A stretch of 63,625 nt of DNA, filler included. It is 6 parts of 6 records of this genome, joined end to end, with 100 filler letters (N's around TTAATTAATTAA, not from the genome) between each part and the next. Parts side by side here need not be neighbours in the genome. Positions count along the whole stretch, not along the records: positions 15,143 to 24,911 come from SRR31156797_22421; positions 25,012 to 47,577 come from SRR31156797_22423; 4 more parts are not named here. One strand, given 5' to 3'. The translations under genes were made by a program, and so were the position numbers. Below are positions 18,938 to 29,822 of the stretch, one piece after another. The stretch's first letter is position 1; the number at the start of each line of letters is the position of its first letter. Below the pieces are notes generated by a model. That model ran no database searches. It saw only the letters and a list, made by a program, of their open reading frames with translations, and was not told the DNA's origin.

Positions 18938-20050
18938 TTAAATCCATCTTCCTTCGATTTTAAAACTACAAAATGGGCAGTTATCATTTATTAACTTATT
19001 TTGTGTAATACGATAACCTTTTCGGGTTACTAATTTCTTATTACAATTAGGGCAAATTGTATCTGAATTTTCATTACCCTGAATGCCACTTAAATAAACA
19101 TATTTTATACCTTCTTCTTTTGCAATTTCAGTTGCGTTAAACAAAGTTTTTAAAGGTGTTGGAGGAAGTTTTAAAAGTTTGTGTTCAGGAAAGAATCTTC
19201 CAAAATGCAGTGGTGTGTTTTCAAAACCATTCTTTGCCAACCATGTGCACATTTTTTTTATCATTTTTAAATCATCTGTCCAGGTTGGAATAATCAGGTT
19301 TGTAATTTCAAGCCATTTTCCTTCGTCTTTAATTGTTTTTAATGAATTGAGGATTGGCTCGAGGGAACCACCGTTTAATTTAGAATAAATCCTGTTGCTA
19401 AATGATTTTAAATCTACATTAAACGCATCAACATATTTACATAACATTCTTAGGGGTTCTTCATTAATAAAACCGGCAGTTTTTACAATAACATTCAAGT
19501 TATTTTCTTTTGCCAGTTTTGCAGTATCATACACATATTCTAGAAATGTGGTTGGTTCGGTATATGAAAATGCTATGGTTTGACAATCATTTCTTATTGC
19601 TTCTTCAATAACCTTTTCAGGCATATAATCATAATTAGTTGTTTCATAGGGGCTAAATTGGGACATTTCCCAATTCTGACAGTTTAAACAGCTTAGATTA
19701 CATCCTGCTGTAGCTAGTGTCAAAGTATTGTTTGATGGTAAATAATGAAAAAGAGGCAATTTTTCTATCGGGTCAATATGAACGGAACATGGATTACCAT
19801 AAGCTATGCTATATAATTTGCCATCTTGGTTTATTCTGTTTTTACAGTCGGCAAGTTCTCCATTTGTTAATGTGCATTCTTTTGGGCATATTTTACACAT
19901 TACTCCTTTGGGAATTTTGAAATAGAAAAATGATTCTTTAAGATTATTGCCTTTGTTATAATTAAATTCTGCTAAAGAATAAGAGTTAATGGGGAAATAT
20001 AATATACCTGTACCAACAATAATTTTTTTTATAAACTCTCTCTTTTTCAC
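18938..20050 (-). CDS. amrS: AmmeMemoRadiSam system radical SAM enzyme (AmrS-like)
   Basis: 'CKICPKEC', 'IDPIEKLPLFHY', radical-SAM 'GCNLSCLNCQNWEMSQ', 'FSYTEP', C-terminal CxxC pairs. Confidence 0.85.
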   Translation of the reverse strand: MKKREFIKKIIVGTGILYFPINSYSLAEFNYNKGNNLKESFFYFKIPKGVMCKICPKECTLTNGELADCKNRINQDGKLYSIAYGNPCSVHIDPIEKLPLFHYLPSNNTLTLATAGCNLSCLNCQNWEMSQFSPYETTNYDYMPEKVIEEAIRNDCQTIAFSYTEPTTFLEYVYDTAKLAKENNLNVIVKTAGFINEEPLRMLCKYVDAFNVDLKSFSNRIYSKLNGGSLEPILNSLKTIKDEGKWLEITNLIIPTWTDDLKMIKKMCTWLAKNGFENTPLHFGRFFPEHKLLKLPPTPLKTLFNATEIAKEEGIKYVYLSGIQGNENSDTICPNCNKKLVTRKGYRITQNKLINDNCPFCSFKIEGRWI

Positions 20051-20434
20051 TTGAGTGGTAGTTTTGACGTCAAGTTAATTAAATCGGGGCTTTCTAAAAA
20101 ATAAAAAACTGAAATATTTCTTTATGAGAAATGATTCTATGGTTAGTAATCTTCATTCTATAAACCAGATATTTAATCACTATTTAAGCCTTTCAATCCA
20201 TCAATATGACTGTTGCCTTTAAATTCATTTATCTTTTTCTTTTTCTTTTAAGTGATATGGATGGACAAAGGTTTAGCTTATAAACCAATGACAATATAGG
20301 GTAAAACCATCTTAAAGCATTATCACTATTTTTACACGAGTACATTAATAGGAATCAATGTTAAATTATGTTTGTTGTAAGTTCGACTATGATAGCAATA
20401 GAAAGGATTTTTATTGTTCATTATATGCCCGAGT

Positions 20435-21532
20435 CTAGTCTTTTACACAACGAACAGACATCCTGTAAGCACTGTTATTAGCTCCATAAGCGACAAGATC
20501 GTCAATAGAGTATAGGAAAAAGCTCCATGCAGTATTATCCATAATATGTTGAGCTCCTGTTGAAGTCCACCAAAAACCAATATTACTGGCATGGTTAAAA
20601 TTTCCACTATTATTGCTGTCGTAATAACCACCTGGAAGAGCTGAGAAACCAAAATCATCAATTCCATTTTTCTCCCAACCAACCATCGATTTTAAATGTA
20701 TGCTTAATCCTTCCCACTGAAAATCATTCCTTTTAAGGAATGGACCTTTTTGAGCATCTATGTAGCCTATCAGTTCTGTCCATTCGTCAGAAGTAGATAA
20801 ATGCCAGCCTTCGGGACATACATTACATGCAGTTTCCCAATCGTATAATCTACCGTATATTTTTGCATTTGATGTATTATTATTATAAACGAGACTTCCG
20901 CTTGATGTCTCATAGTTCAGGTTTTCTGCCATCCAAATCTGGTTGCCAATTTTAATCCAATTATAATTTTGATCATCTCTGAGATCAACAAAAGTGCCTA
21001 TCATTTCCGGCAAGTTTAATTCACTATTTACTGCAATAAATAAACTAAAATGTACAGTACTTGCATAAGCTATTTTTTTTTGTTGGTCAACTTCTATTAA
21101 ATCAAGTTGCTGTAAAGAGTAATCATCCTCAGTAAAATTATACACAGCAATGTTTGAGTTGTTTTCGTGAGAAATTGGAATGCCAATCTTTATAGGTTTA
21201 TTAAATTGTAATCCTGAAGGAAAAAATTTAAGAACATTAATCTCATTTCCATTTATCCCAAAATTATCAGTATCCACAACAGTAATCTGGGTGTTTGTTG
21301 TTAATGCTCCCTCAGGAATTGTAATGCTAGCACCATATATCTCTGTACTCGTATCTGTAACTTTAATTTCCCCTCCTGCAGCTCCAATTACACCTGAATT
21401 CCCTTCATATGCCATGAAATCTGTGGTTGGATCTGGTTCAGACTCGGAGTTTGGTGTTGTATTATCTTTCTCACAAGTAACCAATATTCCCAATACAAAA
21501 ATCAAAATGAAAAAGCGTAGAAGATATTTCAT
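20435..21532 (-). CDS. Lipoprotein with ZU5-like domain and Fibrobacter succinogenes major paralogous (FISUMP) domain
   Basis: Lipobox 'LVTC'; 'ITIPEGAL' ZU5-like; 'IGNQIWMAENLNY', 'YGRLYDW', 'CPEGWHL', 'FGFSALPGG', 'SVRCVKD'. Confidence 0.88.
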   Translation of the reverse strand: MKYLLRFFILIFVLGILVTCEKDNTTPNSESEPDPTTDFMAYEGNSGVIGAAGGEIKVTDTSTEIYGASITIPEGALTTNTQITVVDTDNFGINGNEINVLKFFPSGLQFNKPIKIGIPISHENNSNIAVYNFTEDDYSLQQLDLIEVDQQKKIAYASTVHFSLFIAVNSELNLPEMIGTFVDLRDDQNYNWIKIGNQIWMAENLNYETSSGSLVYNNNTSNAKIYGRLYDWETACNVCPEGWHLSTSDEWTELIGYIDAQKGPFLKRNDFQWEGLSIHLKSMVGWEKNGIDDFGFSALPGGYYDSNNSGNFNHASNIGFWWTSTGAQHIMDNTAWSFFLYSIDDLVAYGANNSAYRMSVRCVKD

Positions 21533-21785
21533 GGTAAATCAGTTAAAGTTTAGTGTTTTAAAGATAATGCTTTGGGTGTTGATTGAGAAACAAAATACTA
21601 AAATTAATAACCCTCCTGCGAGAGTGGCTGGTGCTCAATTTACAAACCAACGATATTCATTCCTATGGCCTCAGATAGCCTATTTTTAAACTGTTGACAT
21701 CTAACATTGCCATCCATTAGTGAAAAAAATGGAATATCCTTTCTCTTTTAATAATGAATATTCAGAAACGTATTCCAAACCAGTT

Positions 21786-22724
21786 TTAAAATGAATTAAA
21801 TAAGCTAGCTGTAGTGCTTTTTATGATGGGCTCAGGAGTTGAGCTTTCAATTGGCTCACAATATATTAATGATGCATTGCCCTTTCCTGCCTCATATTCA
21901 TATCGAAACCCATTTCCATTTGATGTTACTTCTTCAATTAAGTTATTATGATCATCGTACGAATAACTTGTTGTACCAAATAGTTGCCACGATTTGTTGT
22001 AGGCATCCCATACTGAAAACTGTTCGGAGAAAATTAAATCATTTTCATAAATGAATTCCATCCTTTGTGCTGGTTGCCATTCGGTGCCGGAATTTAATGT
22101 ACCTCCCTCCCAGGCAACAGGTACATCATTTTCAATTGTATAGTTTCTTATGAAGTCTAAAATTAATTCACCATTATTATTGACCACAAAATCTTCGTAT
22201 TTAGAAAGATTTTTGTTGCTGTAGGCATAAACTTGTTTTCTTATTAAATCCCAGTCTCCGTTACTATTTTTTATGTATTTCTTACATTCCTTCAGTTTTG
22301 TTCCAAGGTAAGAATACCGGTATTCCCAGCAATCTTCACACTCAGGATTACTATATCTTGAAATAAGTTTTTCGCAAATAAGGTTATTCTGAATGGTAGA
22401 TCTGCATCCTTGATGTGTTTCCCACTCATCGTCTACTTTCTTTAATTGTAAAGCAGATATAGCATTATCTTCATATGATACAGTCACTTTTTTAATTTCC
22501 AGAAGATCTCCCTTTTCATCTTTATAATAGGTTCTCCAAAGAATTAATTTATCCTGATCATAAGTGAAGCTGTGAATTCTTTCTTCATCTCCAAATTCAT
22601 CGAATTCAATCATCTTTTTTATACGAAAAGTATTTTTAGGTGCAATATCTGAAACGTACTCTTTGCAAGAGAAACTCATTAAAAGAATAATTAATGCTAT
22701 CAGAAATTTTCTGGAAATTTTCAT
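21786..22724 (-). CDS. Hypothetical lipoprotein with YD-like beta-strand repeats
   Basis: Lipobox 'SFSC'; repeated 'YSY / W..Y.Y' strands. Confidence 0.7.
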   Translation of the reverse strand: MKISRKFLIALIILLMSFSCKEYVSDIAPKNTFRIKKMIEFDEFGDEERIHSFTYDQDKLILWRTYYKDEKGDLLEIKKVTVSYEDNAISALQLKKVDDEWETHQGCRSTIQNNLICEKLISRYSNPECEDCWEYRYSYLGTKLKECKKYIKNSNGDWDLIRKQVYAYSNKNLSKYEDFVVNNNGELILDFIRNYTIENDVPVAWEGGTLNSGTEWQPAQRMEFIYENDLIFSEQFSVWDAYNKSWQLFGTTSYSYDDHNNLIEEVTSNGNGFRYEYEAGKGNASLIYCEPIESSTPEPIIKSTTASLFNSF

Positions 22725-23077
22725 GGCGTTTAATATATCCGGTGTGTCGTAAAATGAACTTATGTAGGAATAATAAAGTTACTAAAAACATAATAGAAAT
22801 AAAACATTCATTGTTTCAGGTTTTGGTTGAAACCCAGCTACTGGAATTTCGTGACTTTTGCCGTTACTATCGGTTTCTTTTCTTTTGAATTTCACTCATT
22901 CTTAAACCTGTGTAAATCAGATGACCAGTGCTTTAGTTATTCGACAAATTAATTACAACCTATAATCATTCATTTAATCTAAATTTTTTTCTGCTGAAAA
23001 ATTAAACTTCAAAACCTAAAGTTTTTATTATACATTGCAGCCTGTTTTACAATATAACTTATTATTATTTTACTGGT

Positions 23078-23578
23078 ATGTTTAAAAAGCTTTTCAAAGG
23101 ATTATCGATATTTTTAATGGTGTCAGTTTTAATGTTGATGTCTGTTGATGCATTTTCACAATTAGCGAAAGTCCCTCCATTTCAAATAGTTCAACCAAAT
23201 AACAAGGTTTTTAAGGCAAGTAATTTACCTCTTGGGAAACACATAATTATTTATTATTTCTCGCCGGAATGTGAAGAATGTGAAAAAGTGACCGAAGAAT
23301 TGGTAGGTCGCGTTGAAGATTTTAGAAATGCGTCGGTTGTGTACATCACCTATTTTCCGCTCGAAACAGTTAAGGAATTTGAGTCGAAACATGCATTTAA
23401 TAAATATCCTAACATTTATGTAGGTACCGAAGGTAATTCGATGTTTGTAGCGAATTATTACCGTCAAATGGATTTTCCTTTTATTGTTTTATACGATAAA
23501 AACGGAAACTTTGTGAAGAAATATAACAAAGCAGAAAACCTGGATGATTTGGTAATGCTGCTGAATAAACTGAACTGA
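23078..23578 (+). CDS. Exported thioredoxin-fold (AhpC/TSA-like) protein
   Basis: Signal peptide; 'YFSPECEEC' CxxC; 'FPFIVLYDKNG'. Confidence 0.8.
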   Translation: MFKKLFKGLSIFLMVSVLMLMSVDAFSQLAKVPPFQIVQPNNKVFKASNLPLGKHIIIYYFSPECEECEKVTEELVGRVEDFRNASVVYITYFPLETVKEFESKHAFNKYPNIYVGTEGNSMFVANYYRQMDFPFIVLYDKNGNFVKKYNKAENLDDLVMLLNKLN

Positions 23579-23882
23579 AAATGATATTTCTTTAGTTGAA
23601 TTAGTTTTAAATCGAAAGTATTTTATTTGTCAGACTTTCGTCGTGTTCAAGCTTGAACTTTTTACGCAGGCGGTACCGGTGGTTTTCAACTCCGCGTACA
23701 GATATCCCCAAAAGTGGAGCATGTCTGTTCAAAAAAGCAGTATCAGCAGAAGAAGTTATTTTGCTGATGAATGGCGGTTTGTAATCAGTTATAATCTTTT
23801 TAGATATTAAAACCCACCGTATGCGCTGAGTAATTCCCCCGAAATAATTAGTATTTTTATAAGAATTACATAGCTTGTCTTT

Positions 23883-24911
23883 ATGCGTTACCTTTTTTTG
23901 TTATTTATTTTATTGATTCTTTTTTCTTGTTCTGAAGAAAATCCGGATCAGAAAATTCCGGATAAACTTAACATTACCAACGTTTATATTGGTGAAACAT
24001 CATTGTCTGCAACGGGTAATATTGAAAATATTGTACTAAACGATCCGGTAGAAATTCGTTTTGATAAACCGGTTAATATTCAGTCTGTTGATGGAAATAT
24101 TAATTTACTGGATTCAGAAAATCAGGCTGTGGATATTGATTTTCAATATTTCAATCAAAATCGTTTGGTGAAAATAACACATCCTGAATTTGATGAAGGT
24201 ACTTCCTATAAATTATCTATTTCGGGTAATTTAACAGGAGAAAACAGTGAATCGTTTGATGGGCAAATTTTTACTTTTACTACCTTAATTCTACCGTTAA
24301 TAATTGAATCTGTTTTTATTGATGGAATACAGTTTAACCAGCTTACCCGGATTTTAGATATAAACAATAATCCGGAATTAGAATTTCATTTTAATTCAGC
24401 CATAGATAAAAACGATCTTTTCACTTATTCTTCATTTTACTCCAATGGAGAAGACATTGGTTTTAGCTTGAATCAAAAAGATGATAAAACAGTTTCAGTA
24501 ACTTTCAATCAAAATCTGAGCGGTTATTCAAAAAATAATTTCAGTATATCTTCAGGAATTGAAAACAGGATTGGCAAGCCTTTCGACGGATTAGACCTTG
24601 TTTTTTATGCTCAGCTCGATTCTTCTTATAAATTTCCTGAAATAAGCGATGAAGATTTGTTAACGCTTATCCAGGAACAGACATTTAAATATTTCTGGAA
24701 CCTTGCAAATCCTACAAGTGGTCTGATGAGAGAACGCTATCGGCCAACAAATCCAGATTCAGATAATATAACAATTGGAGGATCGGGGTTTGGTGTGATG
24801 TCGATTATTGTGGGTATTGAACGAGGTTTTATTACGCGCCAGGAAGGAATTGAGCGTTTGGAAAAGATTACAGATTTTCTGGAACAACAAGCCGATATTT
24901 TTCATGGCGTT
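23883..24911 (+). CDS. Lipoprotein with bacterial Ig-like domains and the start of a glucoamylase-family (GH144-like) domain; 3' truncated
   Basis: Lipobox 'LFSC'; 'EIRFDKPVN' Ig-like; 'LLTLIQEQTFKYFW', 'GGSGFGVMSIIVGIERGFITR', 'FHG'. Confidence 0.8.
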
Positions 24912-25011
24912 NNNNNNNNNNNNNNNNNNNNNNNNNNNNNNNNNNNNNNNNNNNNTTAATTAATTAANNNNNNNNNNNNNNNNNNNNNNNNNNNNNNNNN
25001 NNNNNNNNNNN
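24912..25011. other. Artificial contig linker
   Basis: N-run with TTAATTAATTAA. Confidence 0.98.
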
Positions 25012-25804
25012 TTTCACCATTCTCAAGACTTAATGGTTGAATTCTGTACGCACCAGCAATATGTCCATAATGATCAACATCTGCCTGAGCCCAATAATTA
25101 TTTATAAAGTAGTTTGCTGGAGTGGTTAATACCGTTGCAGCATCAACACCTTTAAAACCTCCTGTAATCATAGCAGTAACTCTTTCTTCCAAGATATTTG
25201 CACCAGTCGAAGCATTTGTTGTAAATCCAGGATAATCAAAAGTTTGATTCGTAGCAACTGGAGTTGTTACCCAATTTGCATTTCCTTCTCCAACAGCGCC
25301 ATTAATAGCACCAGATTTACCTTCCCAAGGTGCAGATAATGTTGAATTCCATCCACTCATTCCCCATTTTAAAACTTTGGCAGTTGGATATCCGCTCAAA
25401 CGAAGAGCTACAACTGCATGAGATGCAGTTTGTCCTGTATAACAAGCAACCAAAATTGGTTTTGTCGTACTCGCAGCTGCAGTAAGTATATTGTCTAAAG
25501 ATGTATTAACTGCACCTTCGATATGACCAGCAGCATAAGCCTCTGCAGAACGAATGTCTAAAATATCATAAGTAGATAAAAACGTAGCTAAATCAGCTTG
25601 AGCAGGAGCTCCAGTAATCCAGGCATCCAATACATCAGGTAAGTCAAGATCGTTAGCTACCAAATAAGCAGATAAAGTCTCAAAATTTTCAGTAGGATCT
25701 GGTCCTACAACAGGAGCGGCAACATCATTATCCTCCTTACAAGAAGTTAAGAACAATGCGGGCACCAAAGTAAAAATAAAGAAATACTTCATTAATTTTT
25801 TCAT
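25012..25804 (-). CDS. Multi-domain rhodanese lipoprotein, 3' truncated
   Basis: Lipobox 'FLTSC'; 'LDIRSAEAYAAGHIEGAVN', active site 'CYTGQTAS'; second repeat begins 'GHIAGA'. Confidence 0.85.
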
Positions 25805-25864
25805 GTCTCAATAGTTTAGATTTGTAATAGTTGGGTTATTTTATTCAGGTTTAGAAGTTCAATA

Positions 25865-26398
25865 TTAGCATCCACCAGAATCTTCTTCCTCGGCGGCTGC
25901 ATATTCCATGCCTCCTTCTTCAATATTATCTTCACTGATTTCAGGATAAGCTTCATGCCAGCCATGCCAGCCTCCGCTTATAACTTTAACATTTTTGTAC
26001 CCCAATTGCTGCAAGCGCAATGCTGCTAAAGGACTACGATTACTTTTCTTACAATAAAGAATTAATAATTCTTCTTTTTCCGGAACATACAATCCCTCTT
26101 CATCCCAAACTTTCTCGCTTCCAATTCTAAATTCCAAAACACCTCTTGGAATAGATACTGAGCCAGGAATAAAACCTTTGTCATGTTCCTTAGGCAATCT
26201 AACATCCAATAATACATATGGATCTTCACCATTCATAAGGTCGTTAAAGTCCTTAACAGAAATTTCTGATATCTTTTGCTTTACATCTGCAACCATATCA
26301 TCAACACTTGCATAGGATTTAACAGGACCGTTGGAATTAGAGCTACATCCTACCATAGCTATAAGGCAGATAAAGAAAAGAGCCTTGATTGTTTTCAT
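25865..26398 (-). CDS. Single-domain rhodanese lipoprotein with acidic tail ending GGC
   Basis: Lipobox 'MVGC'; 'LLDVRLPKEH...IPGSVSIPRGVLEF', active site 'YCKKSNRS', 'GGWHGW'; start at MKTIK. Confidence 0.88.
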   Translation of the reverse strand: MKTIKALFFICLIAMVGCSSNSNGPVKSYASVDDMVADVKQKISEISVKDFNDLMNGEDPYVLLDVRLPKEHDKGFIPGSVSIPRGVLEFRIGSEKVWDEEGLYVPEKEELLILYCKKSNRSPLAALRLQQLGYKNVKVISGGWHGWHEAYPEISEDNIEEGGMEYAAAEEEDSGGC

Positions 26399-26768
26399 AG
26401 ATTCAATATTTAAGTTCAAAAACGGTAACATTCTTTTGAGAAATTTTTATTTTTGCACTCCTTCAATCGTTTTCGACCATTCTGATAAAACAAATCGTTT
26501 CCGATTTAACTTATTTATTGGTCCTGTTTGAGACACTCAATAAAGATTTATTTCTCTATTACAATATTACAGGATTCAAACATCAGTGACGAGCAAAACG
26601 TATGGCAATCCCTCAAGCAGAAATTTGTAATTTGAAAGTATTTTCTTGACCTCAGAAAGGTTATTTCTTGATCTATTACATGTTTTTTTCTGTTATTTGA
26701 CATGCTATAGTACTCTAAATTTGTATATATTTACAGGACTAGATACAACAACCTAAATCCCCTAGCCT

Positions 26769-27464
26769 ATGGCTATCCCAGTAAAAACAACCTGTTGCAA
26801 GGAATGCGTTAGTAAGTCCGCTTGCTTCAAGGAGTTATCGGAAGAGGAGCTAATTCTGATAGACAAAGGACGCTTCGAAGTCACCTTTAAAAAGGGTGAA
26901 ATAGTTTGCAAACAAGGCATGCTAGCATCACATTTGATCTACATTAAGAAAGGTTTTGTGAAACTTTACATCGAAGGAGGCAACAATAAGAACATCATTT
27001 TAACCATTGAAAAGGATGGTTACATGATCGGATTACAGTCTCTTTTCGGTAATAGTGTTTTTCATTACACAGCCGTTGCTTATGAAGATACTACCGTATG
27101 TTTGTTCGAAATGCAATGCATCAGTGAAATTATTGAGCAAAATTCAGGATTTGCATCTAAGCTAATTGCTCGATTGAATGAAAACACCATTCGTGGGTAT
27201 GGACGTCTTTTCTGTCTCACTCAAAAACAATCCAGCGGTCGTTTGGCTGATATCTTACTCTGCTTATCTGATAGATTGTATAAAAGTAACAATTTCGAAA
27301 TGGCATTGTCCAGAAAAGATTTGGCAGAAATTACGGTTATGTCTGTAGAGAGTCTTTCCAGAGTCATCAAGGAATTTAAAGATGACAAAATCATTAAGCT
27401 TGATGGTAGAAAGCTTGAGATAATCGACAGGGAAAGATTGGAACGTATCTGTGAAACAGGATAA
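26769..27464 (+). CDS. Crp/Fnr family regulator with N-terminal Cys cluster
   Basis: 'CCKECVSKSAC'; cNMP-binding-fold barrel; HTH 'LSRKDLAEITVMSVESLSRVIKEF'. Confidence 0.9.
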   Translation: MAIPVKTTCCKECVSKSACFKELSEEELILIDKGRFEVTFKKGEIVCKQGMLASHLIYIKKGFVKLYIEGGNNKNIILTIEKDGYMIGLQSLFGNSVFHYTAVAYEDTTVCLFEMQCISEIIEQNSGFASKLIARLNENTIRGYGRLFCLTQKQSSGRLADILLCLSDRLYKSNNFEMALSRKDLAEITVMSVESLSRVIKEFKDDKIIKLDGRKLEIIDRERLERICETG

Positions 27465-27483
27465 TCATTGTTTAAAATATATA

Positions 27484-27513
27484 AAAAGGGATCTCCATTT
27501 TGAGATCCCTTTT
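27484..27513. terminator. Bidirectional intrinsic terminator
   Basis: AAAAGGGATCTC / GAGATCCCTTTT stem between convergent genes. Confidence 0.8.
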
Positions 27514-27516
27514 CTT

Positions 27517-29565
27517 TTATAGTAACTTTTTATCTTTTAGTACTTTCTTCAGTTTATTGTGTCGATTATTAAACTTCTCTTTTAGAGTATCCATAAAATT
27601 CCTAAACTCTTTTGTTTTATTTATATCATCAAATAAAGGATCATCTTCCAAAAATAGGATTACCCAAATTGAATACTGATCTTCTTCTGTAAAAAGTGCA
27701 AGTTCCTTAAATGCTCGCTTCTGGTCACCTTCTTGTACTGCACAAACTGCCAAACTTAAATGTTTGTAAATTGAAGAATGAGTGTTTGCAAATTCTCTAT
27801 AGTCATCAAAAAACCTTTTAGCTTCCTGATACTTTCCCACTTTTGCATATACATGAGCAATTTTACAATCTTCACCAGGATAAATATTTAATTTTCTATC
27901 CTCTCTGGCTTTTACAAAAATGCTATAATATTTGTAAGCTTCCTCATAATCGCGTTGAGCGTAACAAATTTTTCCAATCTCCTGTAAAATATCCAATCGA
28001 GTTTGATCTTTATTCCATGCTGTAATGAGAAGTTTTTTTGTCTCTTTCAGATCCTTGTTTTTAGCATACAAAATATACGCCTTTAAATATTCTGAATACA
28101 GATTGTTTGGATTATAACTTATCGACTTATTGATATATGATTCCGATTCCTCTACAAACCCGGTTTGTATTAAGGCATTACTGATATGCAGATAAACAAA
28201 ACTAGCTGTAACAGAATCATTCGCTGCGATGGTCAATTGACTTCCTTTTAATGCATATTCCAAATATTTTTCGGAATTAGGCATATAATTCGCATAAAAA
28301 TTCGAAAGGTAATTCAATACGTAAGCTGAATTTGGATTGTACTCCAGGGCTCTTTCAAAATATGGTACTGCCGCTGTGTTTTCTCCTTTTGCTAAATACG
28401 ATAAAGCTTTCGAGATCAAACTTTGATAGTCCTTTGAATCAAACAACATAGCCTTATCTGCATTAGCAATAACTTCCTCTGTATGTTCTTTCTCCGCTTT
28501 AAAGATGTCTAAATAGTAATATCCCATTGACTTAAACGCATAAGCACGAGCAAACTTATCATCCAGTTCAATGGCTTTATCAAGATGAGTAATTGCTTCG
28601 AGCAAGACTTCTCTCTTTTCTTGTCGCATTAAATCCAGGGCTTTAAGATATTCATCATATGCCTCAAGATTATCGGTAGGTGTTTTATCTATCAATTTCT
28701 CCTCTTCAGGAGTTATTATTGCTTCCACACTGTTTGCAATTTTCTTAGCAACCTCTTTCTGTAAATTGAAAATATCTTTGGCTTGTCGGTCATACTGTTC
28801 TGCCCACAAATGCCTATCGTTACTTGCTTTTATCAGCTGAACGTTCAAGAAAATCTGATCCCCAATTTTCTGTCCACTTCCCTCTACAAAATAACTTACA
28901 TCCAATTCATCCGCAATTTCAGGAATAGTGAGGTTTGAATTTCGATATTTCTCAACCGAAGTTCGGCTAATCACCCTAACATCCTTAATTTTTTGTAGGT
29001 GATTTAAAACAGACTCCATTAATCCGTTTACGATATAAACATTTGATGAATCTTTGCTATCATTCTTAAAAGGTAAAACTGCAATTGATTTATCAACTTC
29101 ATTATTAAATTGAATTGGATTTAGAATAAAATAGGTAGAGAAAATGCTAAGCAAAACAGCTATTACAATTATAACTGGTCGTTTTTGCTTATTTGATTTT
29201 TGAGGAGTGCTTTCTTTTTCTTCTAACTCATGCTTACCTATTTCACCCGGTGGATACCCATATAATTCTCTAAAGCATTTTATAAAATATGAGGTGCTAC
29301 TAAAACCAACCTGATAAGCCACTTCGGAGACATTAGATTCTCCTGTAATTAAAATTTCTTTAGCATTCTCGAGTCTTATTTTTCTAATAAATTGACTTAC
29401 AGAAAGATTACACAGTTTTTTAACTTTTCGTAAGAGATTGGAACGACTCATTCCTATAGCATCAGCCAATTCAGAAACACCAAAACTTTCGTTTGATAGG
29501 TTTTCTTCAACAATGGATTTCAGCTTTAGTAAAAATTCATTCTCTTCAAATAGATGATTGGTCAT
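27517..29565 (-). CDS. AraC-HTH + TM + TolB-like + TPR membrane-anchored regulator
   Basis: N-terminal AraC 'VSEVAYQVGFSSTSYFIKCFRELYGYPP'; TM; 'KSIAVLPFKN', 'RVISRTSV', 'HLWAEQYDR'; TPRs. Confidence 0.88.
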   Translation of the reverse strand: MTNHLFEENEFLLKLKSIVEENLSNESFGVSELADAIGMSRSNLLRKVKKLCNLSVSQFIRKIRLENAKEILITGESNVSEVAYQVGFSSTSYFIKCFRELYGYPPGEIGKHELEEKESTPQKSNKQKRPVIIVIAVLLSIFSTYFILNPIQFNNEVDKSIAVLPFKNDSKDSSNVYIVNGLMESVLNHLQKIKDVRVISRTSVEKYRNSNLTIPEIADELDVSYFVEGSGQKIGDQIFLNVQLIKASNDRHLWAEQYDRQAKDIFNLQKEVAKKIANSVEAIITPEEEKLIDKTPTDNLEAYDEYLKALDLMRQEKREVLLEAITHLDKAIELDDKFARAYAFKSMGYYYLDIFKAEKEHTEEVIANADKAMLFDSKDYQSLISKALSYLAKGENTAAVPYFERALEYNPNSAYVLNYLSNFYANYMPNSEKYLEYALKGSQLTIAANDSVTASFVYLHISNALIQTGFVEESESYINKSISYNPNNLYSEYLKAYILYAKNKDLKETKKLLITAWNKDQTRLDILQEIGKICYAQRDYEEAYKYYSIFVKAREDRKLNIYPGEDCKIAHVYAKVGKYQEAKRFFDDYREFANTHSSIYKHLSLAVCAVQEGDQKRAFKELALFTEEDQYSIWVILFLEDDPLFDDINKTKEFRNFMDTLKEKFNNRHNKLKKVLKDKKLL

Positions 29566-29822
29566 TATAATAGGTTAAAAAAACACTTCTTAATTCGCGA
29601 AAAAGATACAAATAATATCAACATCATCATTTAAATAATTCTGCCTCAATCGAGCCGAATTCATGGCTAAAATATTCAATCTGCAACATACTTTATACAA
29701 ATGCGTCATAATTTACACTGATTCCCAAAAGCTTATAATCTTGGATTAATAAATGATATGACCTGCATCACGATTTGCCAGACCTTTACATCAAATAATT
29801 GTTGAACTAAAAACCAGTAAAA

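Noticed and set aside
20435-20700. FISUMP C-terminus as a possible diversity-generating retroelement target
   Set aside because: No reverse transcriptase and no template-repeat copy with adenine-specific mismatches seen on this contig
26400-26768. Possible riboswitch or FNR box upstream of the rhodanese genes
   Set aside because: Only a short AATCG-GAAA-CGATT hairpin (minus strand) and TTGAT/TTGAC half-sites; no complete TTGAT-N4-ATCAA box or recognisable aptamer
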